DNA from: a bacterium
Lineage (GTDB): Bacteria > Patescibacteriota > Minisyncoccia > Moranbacterales > UBA2206
Direction: 5' to 3'
Assembly (NCBI GenBank): GCA_030654225.1
Contig: JAURXY010000015.1
Location: forward strand, 397-64,396
Length of the DNA: 64,000 bases
Part shown: positions 1-9,050 of the stretch, piece after piece
Position numbering within the stretch: the first letter of the stretch is position 1
Layout of the letters: each line of letters opens with the position of its first letter
Made by a program: the position numbers and the translations under genes
Notes under the pieces: model-generated
What the model was told of the DNA's origin: nothing
Seen by the model: the letters and a program-made list of their open reading frames with translations, nothing else
The model's database searches: none

Positions 1-440
1 ATATAAATTCCCATATCAGAAATTCTAATCTTGGTTCCCATTGGAAATTGTGGAGGGCACGCGATAGTTTCTTTTTCTTTGACTTTGAGGCCTGAAGCTG
101 TAATTCCATCAGACTTACCACATTCATCAGCGGCGGCAGTATAAGCCGAAGCATTGATGGTGAATTTCCCTTTTGGGTAATTTGCTTTTTTTCTTTTTTC
201 GGCATATCTCTCCAGGGCTTTTTCTCTTTTTGACTCTTCTTCGGTTTTTTGCGGTTCTTTCTCTTTTTTGAATCCTTCAAACTTATTATCATTATAAGCT
301 AGAAAAATATTACTTTGAGAAAAAACAGCTAAGTTTGTTTTTGTTTCATTAGATTCTTCTCCTTCAGCTGCCACTGCCACATTTGAAAAAATGATGACAA
401 TAGCGATTAGAAGCACAAAAGATGCACTAATGATACGCAT
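1..440 (-). CDS. 3D-domain protein, partial (C-terminus beyond window start). Signal peptide, Lys/Glu-rich linker, then 3D / MltA-like domain (ITASGLKV...CPPQFPMGTKIRISDMGIY).
   Basis: My own reverse-complement translation from the ATG at 440..438 runs open to the window edge. The N-terminus is hydrophobic. The 3D-domain motif is recognisable by eye. Confidence 0.55.
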   Translation of the reverse strand, partial: MRIISASFVLLIAIVIIFSNVAVAAEGEESNETKTNLAVFSQSNIFLAYNDNKFEGFKKEKEPQKTEEESKREKALERYAEKRKKANYPKGKFTINASAYTAAADECGKSDGITASGLKVKEKETIACPPQFPMGTKIRISDMGIY

Positions 441-668
441 GTACGATATTTGAATTATTAAAAATCTACTCTAGGCCAACTAAAAAAGGCTTTTGAGACC
501 CTATTTAATTGACTTAGGAGTATAGCAAATTATGGCCAATTAGTCAATGGCCAGAAATGCACTTTTGGCTTATTTAAGCCATTTATATTTTTAACTAAAC
601 TTATTTTGGCTTATATAAAACAAAATAAGCCATTTAGGCTTATTTTTGTCTTTTGGCTTATATAAAAG

Positions 669-1859
669 CTATTTCCTCCCAGATAAAATAGAATTTATTA
701 TTCCCTCATCCTGACACTTATATTTATTACTAGCGCTATAGAAACCGCTCTTTGGACCAAAGCAACCCTCATTTTTTTTGTAAAGCGTTGCCATCATTGG
801 CATAAGAAATCCCATATCTTTAGATGAAAAATAATTATGCAAATATTTGAGCGTTTCGGCTCTTTTTTGCCTGTCCATCCTAGCAAAAATACTCATATCA
901 TCATATGGCAATCCACTCCAATCTAAATGCAAAAGGACATTATTAGCCTTTGAGGCATATTTTTCATGCCAAAGAAGCGCCCAACAACTTTCTTTTTGAC
1001 TCCAGCAGGGTCCATTTTCAATTTTTCCATCTTCTCCTATCCCCACCCCTCCTTCGATATAGTCAAACATTCGCAAATATTTTTCATCAGTAATATTACC
1101 CGTTTGCGCTCCAATTACAATTTCAATACCTTTTTCCTTAGCATAGCTTCGCATATCATCCAAAACCTTAAGCATTCTTTCTTTTGTCGGATCAGAATTG
1201 TCTTGCATATAAACTTGTCCAAAAAGAAAACTTTGGATTCCTATGTCTATGGCTTCGTGAGTTATTTGCCTTATATATTCTCGATATTCTTTAGAATTTA
1301 CCCCCGCTTTGCAAGTGTTTCCTCCCCAAATATCTTTTGTATCATCTTGACACATATCAGAAAAATCAAATTCCTTGCCATCTTTTTCAAAAGAACGGTC
1401 CCCTCGCTTAATAGCTTCTGAAATAAACATTCCATAAATTATTCCTGGTTTTTTTATCTGAGCCATAATCTCTGTGGCTTTTTTGAAATCAGGCGTGTCT
1501 GCCCAAGTTTCTAAGGCGCGATGAAGATAGGTGCAATTTGAACGATTAATCATTGCAACGGCACTTTTTGTATCATCACCATACTGCGAAAGAATTCCAT
1601 CTGCCACACAACCCTGATTTTTTATCTTATCCATTGAAATCGGCCCAGGAGTATAAACATATTTGTATTTTGGCTTTGGTAATTCTTCTTCCTTAATTTC
1701 AGTTTTTACGATTCTTTTCGGGATAACAACCAATGCGGGCTCAATTTTTGAAATTTGGTCCATTTTCTCAGAAACCAAAAGCAACAGCACTATCGCCGGA
1801 AACAACAGAATAATCATCCCTAAAAAAGTTTCGACTTTTCTAGTTTTAAGATATGACAA
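669..1859 (-). CDS. Membrane-anchored hypothetical protein, possibly a glycoside-hydrolase-like TIM-barrel.
   Basis: 396-aa ORF with an N-terminal TM anchor. Composition (W/G/D/E-rich blocks) suggests a hydrolase fold, but I recognise no diagnostic motif. Confidence 0.5.
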   Translation of the reverse strand: MSYLKTRKVETFLGMIILLFPAIVLLLLVSEKMDQISKIEPALVVIPKRIVKTEIKEEELPKPKYKYVYTPGPISMDKIKNQGCVADGILSQYGDDTKSAVAMINRSNCTYLHRALETWADTPDFKKATEIMAQIKKPGIIYGMFISEAIKRGDRSFEKDGKEFDFSDMCQDDTKDIWGGNTCKAGVNSKEYREYIRQITHEAIDIGIQSFLFGQVYMQDNSDPTKERMLKVLDDMRSYAKEKGIEIVIGAQTGNITDEKYLRMFDYIEGGVGIGEDGKIENGPCWSQKESCWALLWHEKYASKANNVLLHLDWSGLPYDDMSIFARMDRQKRAETLKYLHNYFSSKDMGFLMPMMATLYKKNEGCFGPKSGFYSASNKYKCQDEGIINSILSGRK

Positions 1860-2020
1860 AAAACGCTCCCTCCTAGTTGGAACATACCCTTAATTTTCAA
1901 ATTGATTTGGGCTTAAATACATAACACTATTCTATTTATATTATACAATACCACTTAGTTCTTTATTTTACCACAAAAGTTGCATTTAGTATTTTTTTGC
2001 TTCATACTATAATATATTAG

Positions 2021-2163
2021 GACTTACACATTTGATTGCGGAAAAGATATTAACGCAGTCGCCAGAAAAATAATTTGTGTAAATAATTCTTAATTACTGG
2101 CAAGTTATTGCATTTCATAATCGCTTTCGCGACAAGCATATCTTGACGCGAGCAAATGTGTAA
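2021..2163. repeat. About 143-bp element bounded by a 14-bp perfect inverted repeat (GGACTTACACATTTG / CAAATGTGTAAGTC), immediately upstream of nspC.
   Basis: The inverted repeat was read directly from the sequence. It shares the ACTTACAC core and an internal ACTGGCAA(G/T)TAT block with the element at 3424-3561. Confidence 0.5.
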
Positions 2164-2192
2164 GTCTTATATATACAATTAATCATAAAACT

Positions 2193-3365
2193 ATGGACAT
2201 ATTTTGGGCAAAACCAGAAGATTGGAAAAATTTAGACACTAAAAAAATTGCCACTCCCTGTTATCTAATTTCCGAAAAACTTCTAGAAAGGAATCTTAGA
2301 ATTTTAGATTCCGTACAAAGAAAAACTGGCGCCAAAATAATTTTGGCTCTCAAGAGTTTTTCTATGTTTAGTGTTTTTCCAATAATCGCAAAATATCTCA
2401 ATGGCACTACCGCCAGCTCCCTCTTTGAGGCCAAGCTTGGCCGAGAAGAATTTGGCAAAGAAGTACATATTTTTGCGCCGGCCTACAAGCCAGAAGAATT
2501 TGATGAGATTATGAAACTTAGTGATCATATTGTTTTCAATTCTTTCTCACAGTGGAAAATGTTTAGAAATAAAATTGCATCGTCCAGAAAAAAAATTCAT
2601 TGTTCTTTGCGAGTTAACCCACAGCATTCTGAAGTAGAAACTGCTCTCTATGATCCTTGTGACAAAAATTCCCGCCTTGGGATAAAATTAGAAGATTTCA
2701 AAAAATCAGAACTTTCTGGCATAACGGGATTGCATTTTCATAACCTGTGTGAATGCGGAGCGGATTCATTCAAAAGAACACTAGCTTTTTTTGAAAAAAA
2801 ATTTGGCAAGTTTCTTTTTGAGATGAAATTTGTTAATTTTGGCGGAGGCCATCACATTACTCGATCAGATTATGATGCCGCACTACTTTGCAAAACAATC
2901 AATGATTTCAAAAAGCGTTATCCGCACTTAGAAATTTATCTAGAACCGGGCGAGGCAGTGGTGCTAAATGCTGGAATTCTAATTTCATCTGTTCTAGATT
3001 TAATTGAAAGTAAATCAAAAATTGCCATCCTTGATGCTTCCGCTGCCACACATATGCCAGACACCTTGGAAATGCCCTATCGCGCAGAAATTGTTGGTGC
3101 CAAAGAACCCAAGAAATATCCGCACACCTATCGCCTCGGTGCACTAACTTGTCTAGCTGGTGATATTATGGGAGATTATTCTTTCAAAAAACCGCTAAAA
3201 ATTGGCGACAAATTAATTTTCCTAGATATGGCGCACTATACAATGGTGAAAAACAATACCTTCAACGGCATCAATCTTCCTTCAATTCTTATCCAAAAGA
3301 AAAATGGAAAAATAATCGTGCAAAAAAAATTCGGCTATTTGGATTTCAAAAATAGACTTTCCTGA
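2193..3365 (+). CDS. nspC: Carboxynorspermidine/carboxyspermidine decarboxylase-like PLP (fold type III) decarboxylase.
   Basis: 390 aa. Overall similarity pattern to NspC/diaminopimelate-decarboxylase-type enzymes (FGGGHHITR..., EPGEAVV, GxLTCLAGD). Confidence 0.75.
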   Translation: MDIFWAKPEDWKNLDTKKIATPCYLISEKLLERNLRILDSVQRKTGAKIILALKSFSMFSVFPIIAKYLNGTTASSLFEAKLGREEFGKEVHIFAPAYKPEEFDEIMKLSDHIVFNSFSQWKMFRNKIASSRKKIHCSLRVNPQHSEVETALYDPCDKNSRLGIKLEDFKKSELSGITGLHFHNLCECGADSFKRTLAFFEKKFGKFLFEMKFVNFGGGHHITRSDYDAALLCKTINDFKKRYPHLEIYLEPGEAVVLNAGILISSVLDLIESKSKIAILDASAATHMPDTLEMPYRAEIVGAKEPKKYPHTYRLGALTCLAGDIMGDYSFKKPLKIGDKLIFLDMAHYTMVKNNTFNGINLPSILIQKKNGKIIVQKKFGYLDFKNRLS

Positions 3366-3423
3366 AACAATTGCAGTTATTCTATTTTCGTGATAAAATT
3401 AATTTTGTTATCCTTAAATCATA

Positions 3424-3561
3424 CAGAACTTACACGCTTGATGAGAAATTACTCATAACTGGCAATTATTTACAAGTATTAGCTTTGAGTAAACCAGCAG
3501 GAATCTAATTTCTATGCGAAAATTACGCTTTAGTAATTTTGAATCGAGCGTGTAAGTTCTA
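3424..3561. repeat. About 138-bp element bounded by a 17-bp inverted repeat (AGAACTTACACGCTTGA / TCGAGCGTGTAAGTTCT, 1 mismatch), followed by an A-run. It is a relative of the 2021-2163 element.
   Basis: Inverted repeat and shared internal block seen in the sequence. It lies immediately downstream of nspC. Confidence 0.5.
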
Positions 3562-3573
3562 ATAAAAAAACAC

Positions 3574-3927
3574 ATGCGAGACATCCAAGAAATTTTCAAT
3601 GAAATTGAAACTCTAAAAATTGAACAAAAAGAAATCAGAAAAGATTACAAGGAAACATTAGAAGGCACAGATCACTATGAAGAAACAGTAGAAGAGGCCA
3701 AGGTTTTACGCGAAAAGAAAAAACAAATTGAAGCGACTGTCCAAGGTCAACTCGGCTTACGCTATCAAAGATTTGAAGAAATCAAAGGTAAAATTGATGA
3801 ACTGCAAGAAATGCTCACCGATGTCGCCATGACTACCCTTATGGACGGCAAAACTATTTCAATCAAAGATAGCAACCAAAACGAATACGAACCAGTCTAC
3901 AAAATTACTTTCAAAAAAAGGACTTAG
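3574..3927 (+). CDS. Small charged coiled-coil protein, hypothetical.
   Basis: 117-aa ORF, Glu/Lys-rich with heptad-like pattern. No overlapping better ORF. Confidence 0.45.
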   Translation: MRDIQEIFNEIETLKIEQKEIRKDYKETLEGTDHYEETVEEAKVLREKKKQIEATVQGQLGLRYQRFEEIKGKIDELQEMLTDVAMTTLMDGKTISIKDSNQNEYEPVYKITFKKRT

Positions 3928-4142
3928 TTACTTCTTTTATAAAACCACTACTTATTGAATTATCTAGTGGTTTTTAATTTGACTAATATTACTCAAGGGA
4001 GTATTATTTTTTATAGTTGTCAACCAATTAACCTTAACAAAGGAGGTGCCAACATCAGCAAAAAATAGTAGTTCTTTTAGAATTTAATAAAATTATAGTA
4101 TTAAAGAGTATTTTTAGTTTCTGTCAAGAAAGGATACCCATC

Positions 4143-4694
4143 ATGTCAAAAACAAAAGTAGCAGTACTTGTAGATTTAGCTAATATTAGTTGTGCGTTCG
4201 ATATCATAAAGACTACTTATAAGATGGACTATAGAACTAGAATTGATTACAATAAATTAATTTCCGCAGTTACTCTTGGAAGTGAGGTAATTTCAAAATC
4301 CGTTTATGTCGGAACCAAGAAAACTGCCGATGAAAAAGCACAAAAAAGTTTTCTAAATTATTTTTCTAAAAGCGGTTTCAAGGTTGTCACCAAAGAATGC
4401 AAAGTCATTCGCCTTGATGATGGCACAACTAAAAATAAAGCTAATTTCGATGTTGAAATTACGCTAGATACCTGTTGTCATATTTGGAAACGGGAATGTA
4501 GCGAAGTAATTTTGATTTCCGGCGATTCTGATTTTGCCTATCTCGTTGATACAGCAAAGGAATTGGATTTCAAAATAACCGTTGTTTCATCTAAGGCAAC
4601 AATTTCCACAGAGCTGCGTGAAAAAGCAGATCGTCTAATTCTACTAGATGATCTAGACCTAAAATATCTTGCTTTTAGTAAGAACGGCTCATAA
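4143..4694 (+). CDS. NYN / LabA-like domain protein (predicted RNase-like).
   Basis: VAVLVDLANI, DVEITLD and ILISGDSDF blocks are typical of the LabA/NYN (DUF88) family. Confidence 0.75.
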   Translation: MSKTKVAVLVDLANISCAFDIIKTTYKMDYRTRIDYNKLISAVTLGSEVISKSVYVGTKKTADEKAQKSFLNYFSKSGFKVVTKECKVIRLDDGTTKNKANFDVEITLDTCCHIWKRECSEVILISGDSDFAYLVDTAKELDFKITVVSSKATISTELREKADRLILLDDLDLKYLAFSKNGS

Positions 4695-4710
4695 ACTATA
4701 ATCTTATCAA

Positions 4711-4748
4711 AAAGTCCCCCTAGCTGAAACAGCTAGCGGGACTTTTTT
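4711..4748. terminator. Bidirectional intrinsic terminator hairpin between convergent genes.
   Basis: GTCCCCCTAGCTG-aaac-AGCTAGCGGGAC stem-loop followed by a T-run; A-rich on the other side. Confidence 0.5.
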
Positions 4749-4758
4749 ATTGCTATAA

Positions 4759-5529
4759 CTAAAGAATAGTTTTTTTAATTTGATTTTTTTCATCTGGACA
4801 AAAATCACCAATCTTTTCTAATAGTCTACCCCCGTCACTAAATTCAGTTTGCGCATTCATAAGACAACCGGAAATTGCGTTATGCCCTAGTCCAAGTTGA
4901 TGGCCAAATTCATGCAGTAGTAAACTTGACATATGCGTGTCGAGATTTATTTGAGTATCATTTCGCATACTATTGGAAAGTGAATTTTTAAATATTACTA
5001 TTCCATTTTCTAAAAGTGTTGACCCCAAATTTGCACTATCATCTTTTTTCTGGCTTGCGATAAAAACATAGATGATTGCTCCTTGTGAAGATGGGGAAGA
5101 ATTATTTTTCTCTAATTCTTTTTGCAAATCTCCCATATTTATCGAGGCCTCATATTTGATACCTGGTCGAAATAAATAGATTGTTTTTTTCCCAGTTATC
5201 TCTTCAACTTTTTTTGCAAAAATTTTGGCGGTTTCATCGCTAATTTCCAACCCATTCATAGCAACAATTTTTATGCTTATATTTTTATATCTGTCTCCCA
5301 GATAGTCCGCCTTTGCATCCCCATCAAAATGAAGCCCGAGAGCTTGGCGCATCATTGGATAACGCGCAAACTTGTATCGCAAATTATCATTGAAAAAATT
5401 GCTTCCAGTGTCCAGTGCTGAAAACCTAAAATACATAAAGATGGCTAGGCCAGAAATGGAAAGAAGTAAAATAATTACAAATAGAAATTTTACTATACGC
5501 ATATTGATTTTATATCTCAATCCTATCAC
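4759..5529 (-). CDS. Membrane-anchored metzincin-type zinc metalloprotease (HEFGHQLGLGHN).
   Basis: HExxHxxGxxH zinc-binding motif near the C-terminus; N-terminal TM helix. Confidence 0.75.
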   Translation of the reverse strand: MIGLRYKINMRIVKFLFVIILLLSISGLAIFMYFRFSALDTGSNFFNDNLRYKFARYPMMRQALGLHFDGDAKADYLGDRYKNISIKIVAMNGLEISDETAKIFAKKVEEITGKKTIYLFRPGIKYEASINMGDLQKELEKNNSSPSSQGAIIYVFIASQKKDDSANLGSTLLENGIVIFKNSLSNSMRNDTQINLDTHMSSLLLHEFGHQLGLGHNAISGCLMNAQTEFSDGGRLLEKIGDFCPDEKNQIKKTIL

Positions 5530-5561
5530 AAAAAGTTCGCGCTGTCTTTGTTAATACAAAA

Positions 5562-5592
5562 AATAATCCCGATTACTCGGGATCATTTTTCA
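5562..5592. terminator. Hairpin ATCCCGA-TTAC-TCGGGAT flanked by A-run and T-run, a putative bidirectional terminator.
   Basis: Perfect 7-bp stem with poly-T downstream on both strands. Confidence 0.4.
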
Positions 5593-5678
5593 CTGAGCTG
5601 GGAAGTTTACCCCGTAGTTATTTATATACTTCTGGGGTGCATATAGTTCGGACTGGGCTTGGGAAGAAGTGCTTTGTG

Positions 5679-6709
5679 GCTTAATTAAAAATATGGGAGG
5701 CTAAAATTATCAATTTGTGGCATACTAAAGCTACAAATCGACTAATAATTATGAAGCTCCGTAATATGTTTAAAAAAAATGCCCCCAATGCAATTTCAGG
5801 AAAGTAAAAAAGAATGGAAAACGAAGAGGATTACAAAGATACAAATGCCAAAAATGTGGATTACAATTTCAAAGCAAGGGACGTCCAAATAGGGAGAAGA
5901 ATAAATTATGGAATCAGTATGTCTGGGGCAAGCAAACACTAAAACAATTATCAATTACATTTAAGAAGTGTATTCCAGCTATTCAGAAAAAATTAGATAG
6001 TCATGTGTTAGAAAAAAATGAAGTATCTCCACAACCCTTAGTACTCATCGCAGATGTAACATTTTTTGGAAGAAGCTATGGAATATTAGTTTTCAGATCT
6101 CAGTTACTTAAAAGAAATATATATTACAGAGAAATTAAGCGAGAGAATCCAGAAGTTTACAGACAGGCAAAAATTGAGTTAGAAAACAAAGGATTTATCA
6201 TTACAGGCATTGTTTTAGACGGCAAAAGAGGCATACGCGAAGTATTTCCGAATATTCCGGCTCAGATGTGTCAGTTTCACCAAACAGCTATTTTGAAACG
6301 CTATTTGACCTCTAGACCGAAAACAAAAGCAGGACAAGAATTGCGAGCAATTGGATTGGCGCTAACAATTTTAACAGAAAAAGATTTTGAAACATTATTA
6401 AATGAATGGTACGAAAGATGGAAAGATTTTATTAAAGAAAAAACATTTGCCTCCGATGGAAAACATTGGAATTACACTCATCGCAGAATGCGATCCGCAT
6501 ACCGAAGTCTGAAAACAAACACTCCGTTTTTATTCACACATCAAAAATATCCGGAACTCAATATTCCAAACACTACAAATTCGCTGGATGGATTTTTTGG
6601 AAAAATAAAAACGCTCCTGCGTGTCCATAAAGGACTAACACAAGAGCGTAGGTACAAAATTATTCAAGAAATTTTGGAAAAATAGCCTCCCAATTATTTA
6701 ATTAAACCA
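5679..6709 (+). mobile_element. IS1-family-like insertion sequence of about 1.03 kb with imperfect 25-bp terminal inverted repeats (GCTTAATTAAAAATATGGGAGGCTA ... TAGCCTCCCAATTATTTAATTAAAC).
   Basis: Terminal inverted repeats identified by eye. They enclose a single transposase gene with an IS1 InsA-like zinc finger. Confidence 0.6.
5751..6685 (+). CDS. Transposase, IS1-like (InsA-type CPxC...QRYxCxxC zinc ribbon fused in frame to the catalytic body). Full-length reading needs a -1 shift within an A8 run at 5772-5779.
   Basis: Frame 0 reads MKLRNMFKKNAPNAISGK-stop. The -1 frame from the A-run reads KKCPQCNFRKVKKNGKRRGLQRYKCQKCGLQF... and runs uninterrupted into the tracked ORF 6005..6685. The zinc-finger pattern matches IS1 InsA. 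Confidence 0.6.
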
Positions 6710-6714
6710 GCTTT

Positions 6715-6906
6715 TCGAAAAGCCTAGGCTCCACCCCAAAGCTCAACTTTTTAGGACGCCTTCATTGAATTTTTTTCCCCGTTATTCCGCGTCAAGTCTG
6801 CGTAAGTCCGCGGTGTAAACACACTAATCTGCAGGCAAGAATCCGAACTAGGAGCTCAGAAAAAGAAACAACATCGAGGTACGACTCAGCCGAAACCAAA
6901 TCGCCC
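6715..6906 (-). ncRNA. GC-rich structured non-coding segment abutting the IS right end. It is a candidate ncRNA, possibly a disrupted tmRNA-like gene, but unassigned.
   Basis: No ORF here. GC is well above the local background. The minus-strand reading begins GGGCGAUUUGGUUUCGGCUGAG, reminiscent of the tmRNA 5' tRNA-like motif (GGGGnnGAUUnnGGAUUCGAC). Several local helices are present (CCGCG...CGCGG). A 14-nt perfect palindrome GCTTTTCGAAAAGC lies at the IS junction. Confidence 0.2.
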
Positions 6907-7062
6907 ATATCTTGAAAAATGTTTCTATATTGATGACAAAAGATAGAAGTCACCAATTGCCTGCAATTTACTGCTAATCATCTCAAAAACATTAAGTTTC
7001 AAGATGACTTTGGAGCATAGCATAAGTTGGAAATTTTGTCAAATGGGTGTACAATTGGAATT

Positions 7063-8067
7063 ATGATAACAACATCCAACGAACAACCTGAAGACCTAAC
7101 TTTCGATGTCACTCTTCGCCCACAAAATTTCAACGATTATGTGGGGCAAGTTAAGGTTAAGAAAAATTTGGACATTTTGATTCAAGCGGCCAAGCACAGA
7201 AAGGAGTCTATTGAACATGTTTTGCTTTATGGCCCAGCCGGCCTTGGCAAAACAACGCTGGCCAATATCATCGCCAAGGAAATGGGCGTCAACATCAAAA
7301 CTACTTCCGGCCCAGCTATTGAACGCGTGGGTGATTTTGGCTCAATTCTCACCAATCTTTCTGACGGAGACATTCTTTTCATCGATGAAATTCATCGCCT
7401 CAATAAATCCATCGAAGAAATTCTCTATCCAGCTATGGAAGATTATAAATTGGACATTATTATCGGCAAAGGTCCGTCAGCTCGAACTATTCAACTTGAT
7501 TTGCCAAAATTCACTTTGATTGGCGCGACCACCAAACTGGGTTCTATTTCCAATCCTCTCCGCAATCGTTTTGGCGCCATTCATCGTTTGGAATTTTATA
7601 CCAACCCAGAAATCAAAAAAATTCTTGAGCGCAGTGCCAAAATTTTGGGCGTAGTCGCTGACGAAACCGGTCTTTCAAAAATTTCCGAATGTGCTCGCTC
7701 TACTCCTCGCGTGGCGAACCGTCTTTTGAAACGCGTGCGCGATTTTTCTCAAATAAAAAATCATGCTATTATAAACGAAGCAGTAGCAATCGAAGCGCTG
7801 GAAATGATTGATGTTGATCCGCTTGGACTTGAACCCGCAGACAAACATATTCTGCGAGTCATCATCGAGAAATTTAATGGTGGTCCTGTGGGACTAGGCA
7901 CAATCGCCGCCGCTACTTCGGAAGAAATCAAAACCATTGAAGATGTTTATGAACCATACCTAATTCAAATTGGATTTTTAGCCAGAACTCCACGTGGAAG
8001 AATCGCTACTGAAAGCGCTTATGATCATCTAGGAATAAAATATAACGGGGAGAAAAAATTATTTTAA
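7063..8067 (+). CDS. ruvB: Holliday junction branch-migration ATPase RuvB.
   Basis: [36 protein letters not shown] and the C-terminal winged helix are a classic RuvB signature. The start was moved to the internal ATG (MITTSNEQ...). Confidence 0.93.
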   Translation: MITTSNEQPEDLTFDVTLRPQNFNDYVGQVKVKKNLDILIQAAKHRKESIEHVLLYGPAGLGKTTLANIIAKEMGVNIKTTSGPAIERVGDFGSILTNLSDGDILFIDEIHRLNKSIEEILYPAMEDYKLDIIIGKGPSARTIQLDLPKFTLIGATTKLGSISNPLRNRFGAIHRLEFYTNPEIKKILERSAKILGVVADETGLSKISECARSTPRVANRLLKRVRDFSQIKNHAIINEAVAIEALEMIDVDPLGLEPADKHILRVIIEKFNGGPVGLGTIAAATSEEIKTIEDVYEPYLIQIGFLARTPRGRIATESAYDHLGIKYNGEKKLF

Positions 8068-8076
8068 AATAATCAA

Positions 8077-8160
8077 TGTCATTCCCGTGAAAACGGGAAT
8101 CTAGTCTCAGGACTTTTAGTTTCTACACTAGATCCCCGCATTCGCGAGGATGACAATAGC
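8077..8160. repeat. MITE-like palindromic element (TGTCATTCC-CGTGAAAACGGG-AATCTAGT...ACTAGAT...GGATGACA), copy A.
   Basis: Nested inverted repeats seen directly. A second, reverse-oriented and larger copy lies at 45245-45368. Confidence 0.55.
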
Positions 8161-8169
8161 AAAAAAAAT

Positions 8170-8397
8170 ATGTTTTACATTGTCCTCGCTCTTTATGCCA
8201 TCATCCTTATCACCTATCTTTTTCTATTCTTTTTTATCATCTATCATCTTTCTCGCTATTCCATAAATGCCAAAACTAACAGGATAATTTTGCCTATTTT
8301 TATCGTTGTTTCGGTTCTGCTTTTTCTTTCCAATATCATGCTATTTTTTTCGGTTGATTGGAACGCGCTAATTTTAAAACTAATTTTTCAATATTAA
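8170..8397 (+). CDS. Small hydrophobic protein (2 TM), hypothetical.
   Basis: 75-aa ORF just upstream of and co-oriented with the bPH-domain gene. Weak support. Confidence 0.3.
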   Translation: MFYIVLALYAIILITYLFLFFFIIYHLSRYSINAKTNRIILPIFIVVSVLLFLSNIMLFFSVDWNALILKLIFQY

Positions 8398-8401
8398 TTT
8401 T

Positions 8402-8992
8402 ATGCAACCAACCTTCACTCACTACCATTTTGAAGGACAAAAAAATGGTGAGGAGATTCTTATGGTAATCCATCGCCACTGGTTTAATATCCTTACCCAC
8501 TTTTCTGTGATTTTCTTTATGATACTTTTTCTTTTTGGCAGTTATTTTCTCACTGCTATTTTGTTTGATGAATTTAGCGAGCAACTACTCCTCAACCTCA
8601 CCGCCTTTATGCGTAGTCTTTTTTTCACTTTCCTCTGGTTACTTTTTTTTGCCATCTGGATTGACTACTATTTTGATGTCTGGATAGTCACCAGTGAAAG
8701 AATAATAAACATTGAACAAAAAGGGCTTTTCACTCGCGTCGTGAGCGAGTTGGAATTGGAAAAAATTCAAGATGTCACCACAGATGTTCGTGGAGTTATA
8801 CCAACTTTTCTCAATTATGGTCATATCCTCATTCAAACCGCCGGTGAAAGAGAACGCTTCATTTTCCGAAACGTTCCCGATCCTTATGCTATCAAAGACA
8901 CTATTATGAAACTGCAAAATGAATTGGAAAACAAAGAAGAAAATCAATTCGGAGAAATGCTACGAGAAAAAATTCATCACGAAAATACTTAA
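8402..8992 (+). CDS. Membrane protein with a bacterial PH (bPH_2 / YdbS-YdbT-like) domain.
   Basis: Two N-terminal TM helices followed by a domain with the bPH_2 pattern (WIVTSERIINIEQKGLF...TDVRGVIPTFLNYGHILIQTAG). Confidence 0.7.
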   Translation: MQPTFTHYHFEGQKNGEEILMVIHRHWFNILTHFSVIFFMILFLFGSYFLTAILFDEFSEQLLLNLTAFMRSLFFTFLWLLFFAIWIDYYFDVWIVTSERIINIEQKGLFTRVVSELELEKIQDVTTDVRGVIPTFLNYGHILIQTAGERERFIFRNVPDPYAIKDTIMKLQNELENKEENQFGEMLREKIHHENT

Positions 8993-8994
8993 TA

Positions 8995-9045
8995 GCCTCC
9001 AAGGCGGACAGTCCGCTAATCTTAGCGGACTGTCCGCTTGCTTTG
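8995..9045. terminator. Terminator-like long palindrome GCGGACAGTCCGC...GCGGACTGTCCGC.
   Basis: 13-bp inverted repeat pair immediately after the stop codon. Confidence 0.4.
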
Positions 9046-9050
9046 TTTAA

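Noticed and set aside
966-1421. 151-aa ORF on the plus strand
   Set aside because: It lies entirely within and antisense to the better-supported 669-1859 gene, and is low-complexity (F/I/S-rich) as expected from translating AT-rich antisense.
2261-2528. Two short minus-strand ORFs inside nspC
   Set aside because: Antisense overlaps of a gene with clear enzyme-family similarity; no features of their own.
4030-4050. Perfect AAAGGAGGTG Shine-Dalgarno-like sequence
   Set aside because: No start codon or ORF follows at suitable spacing, so it is probably fortuitous.
5372-5554. 60-aa plus-strand ORF
   Set aside because: Overlaps the metzincin gene start on the opposite strand; no support.
6715-6906. 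Calling this segment tmRNA outright
   Set aside because: Only the 5' tRNA-like motif is loosely recognisable. I find no T-arm/CCA-proximal 3' end and no tag reading frame ending in the usual ...AA-stop. It is kept only as a low-confidence ncRNA candidate.
7211-7519. 102-aa plus-strand ORF
   Set aside because: An alternative frame inside ruvB.
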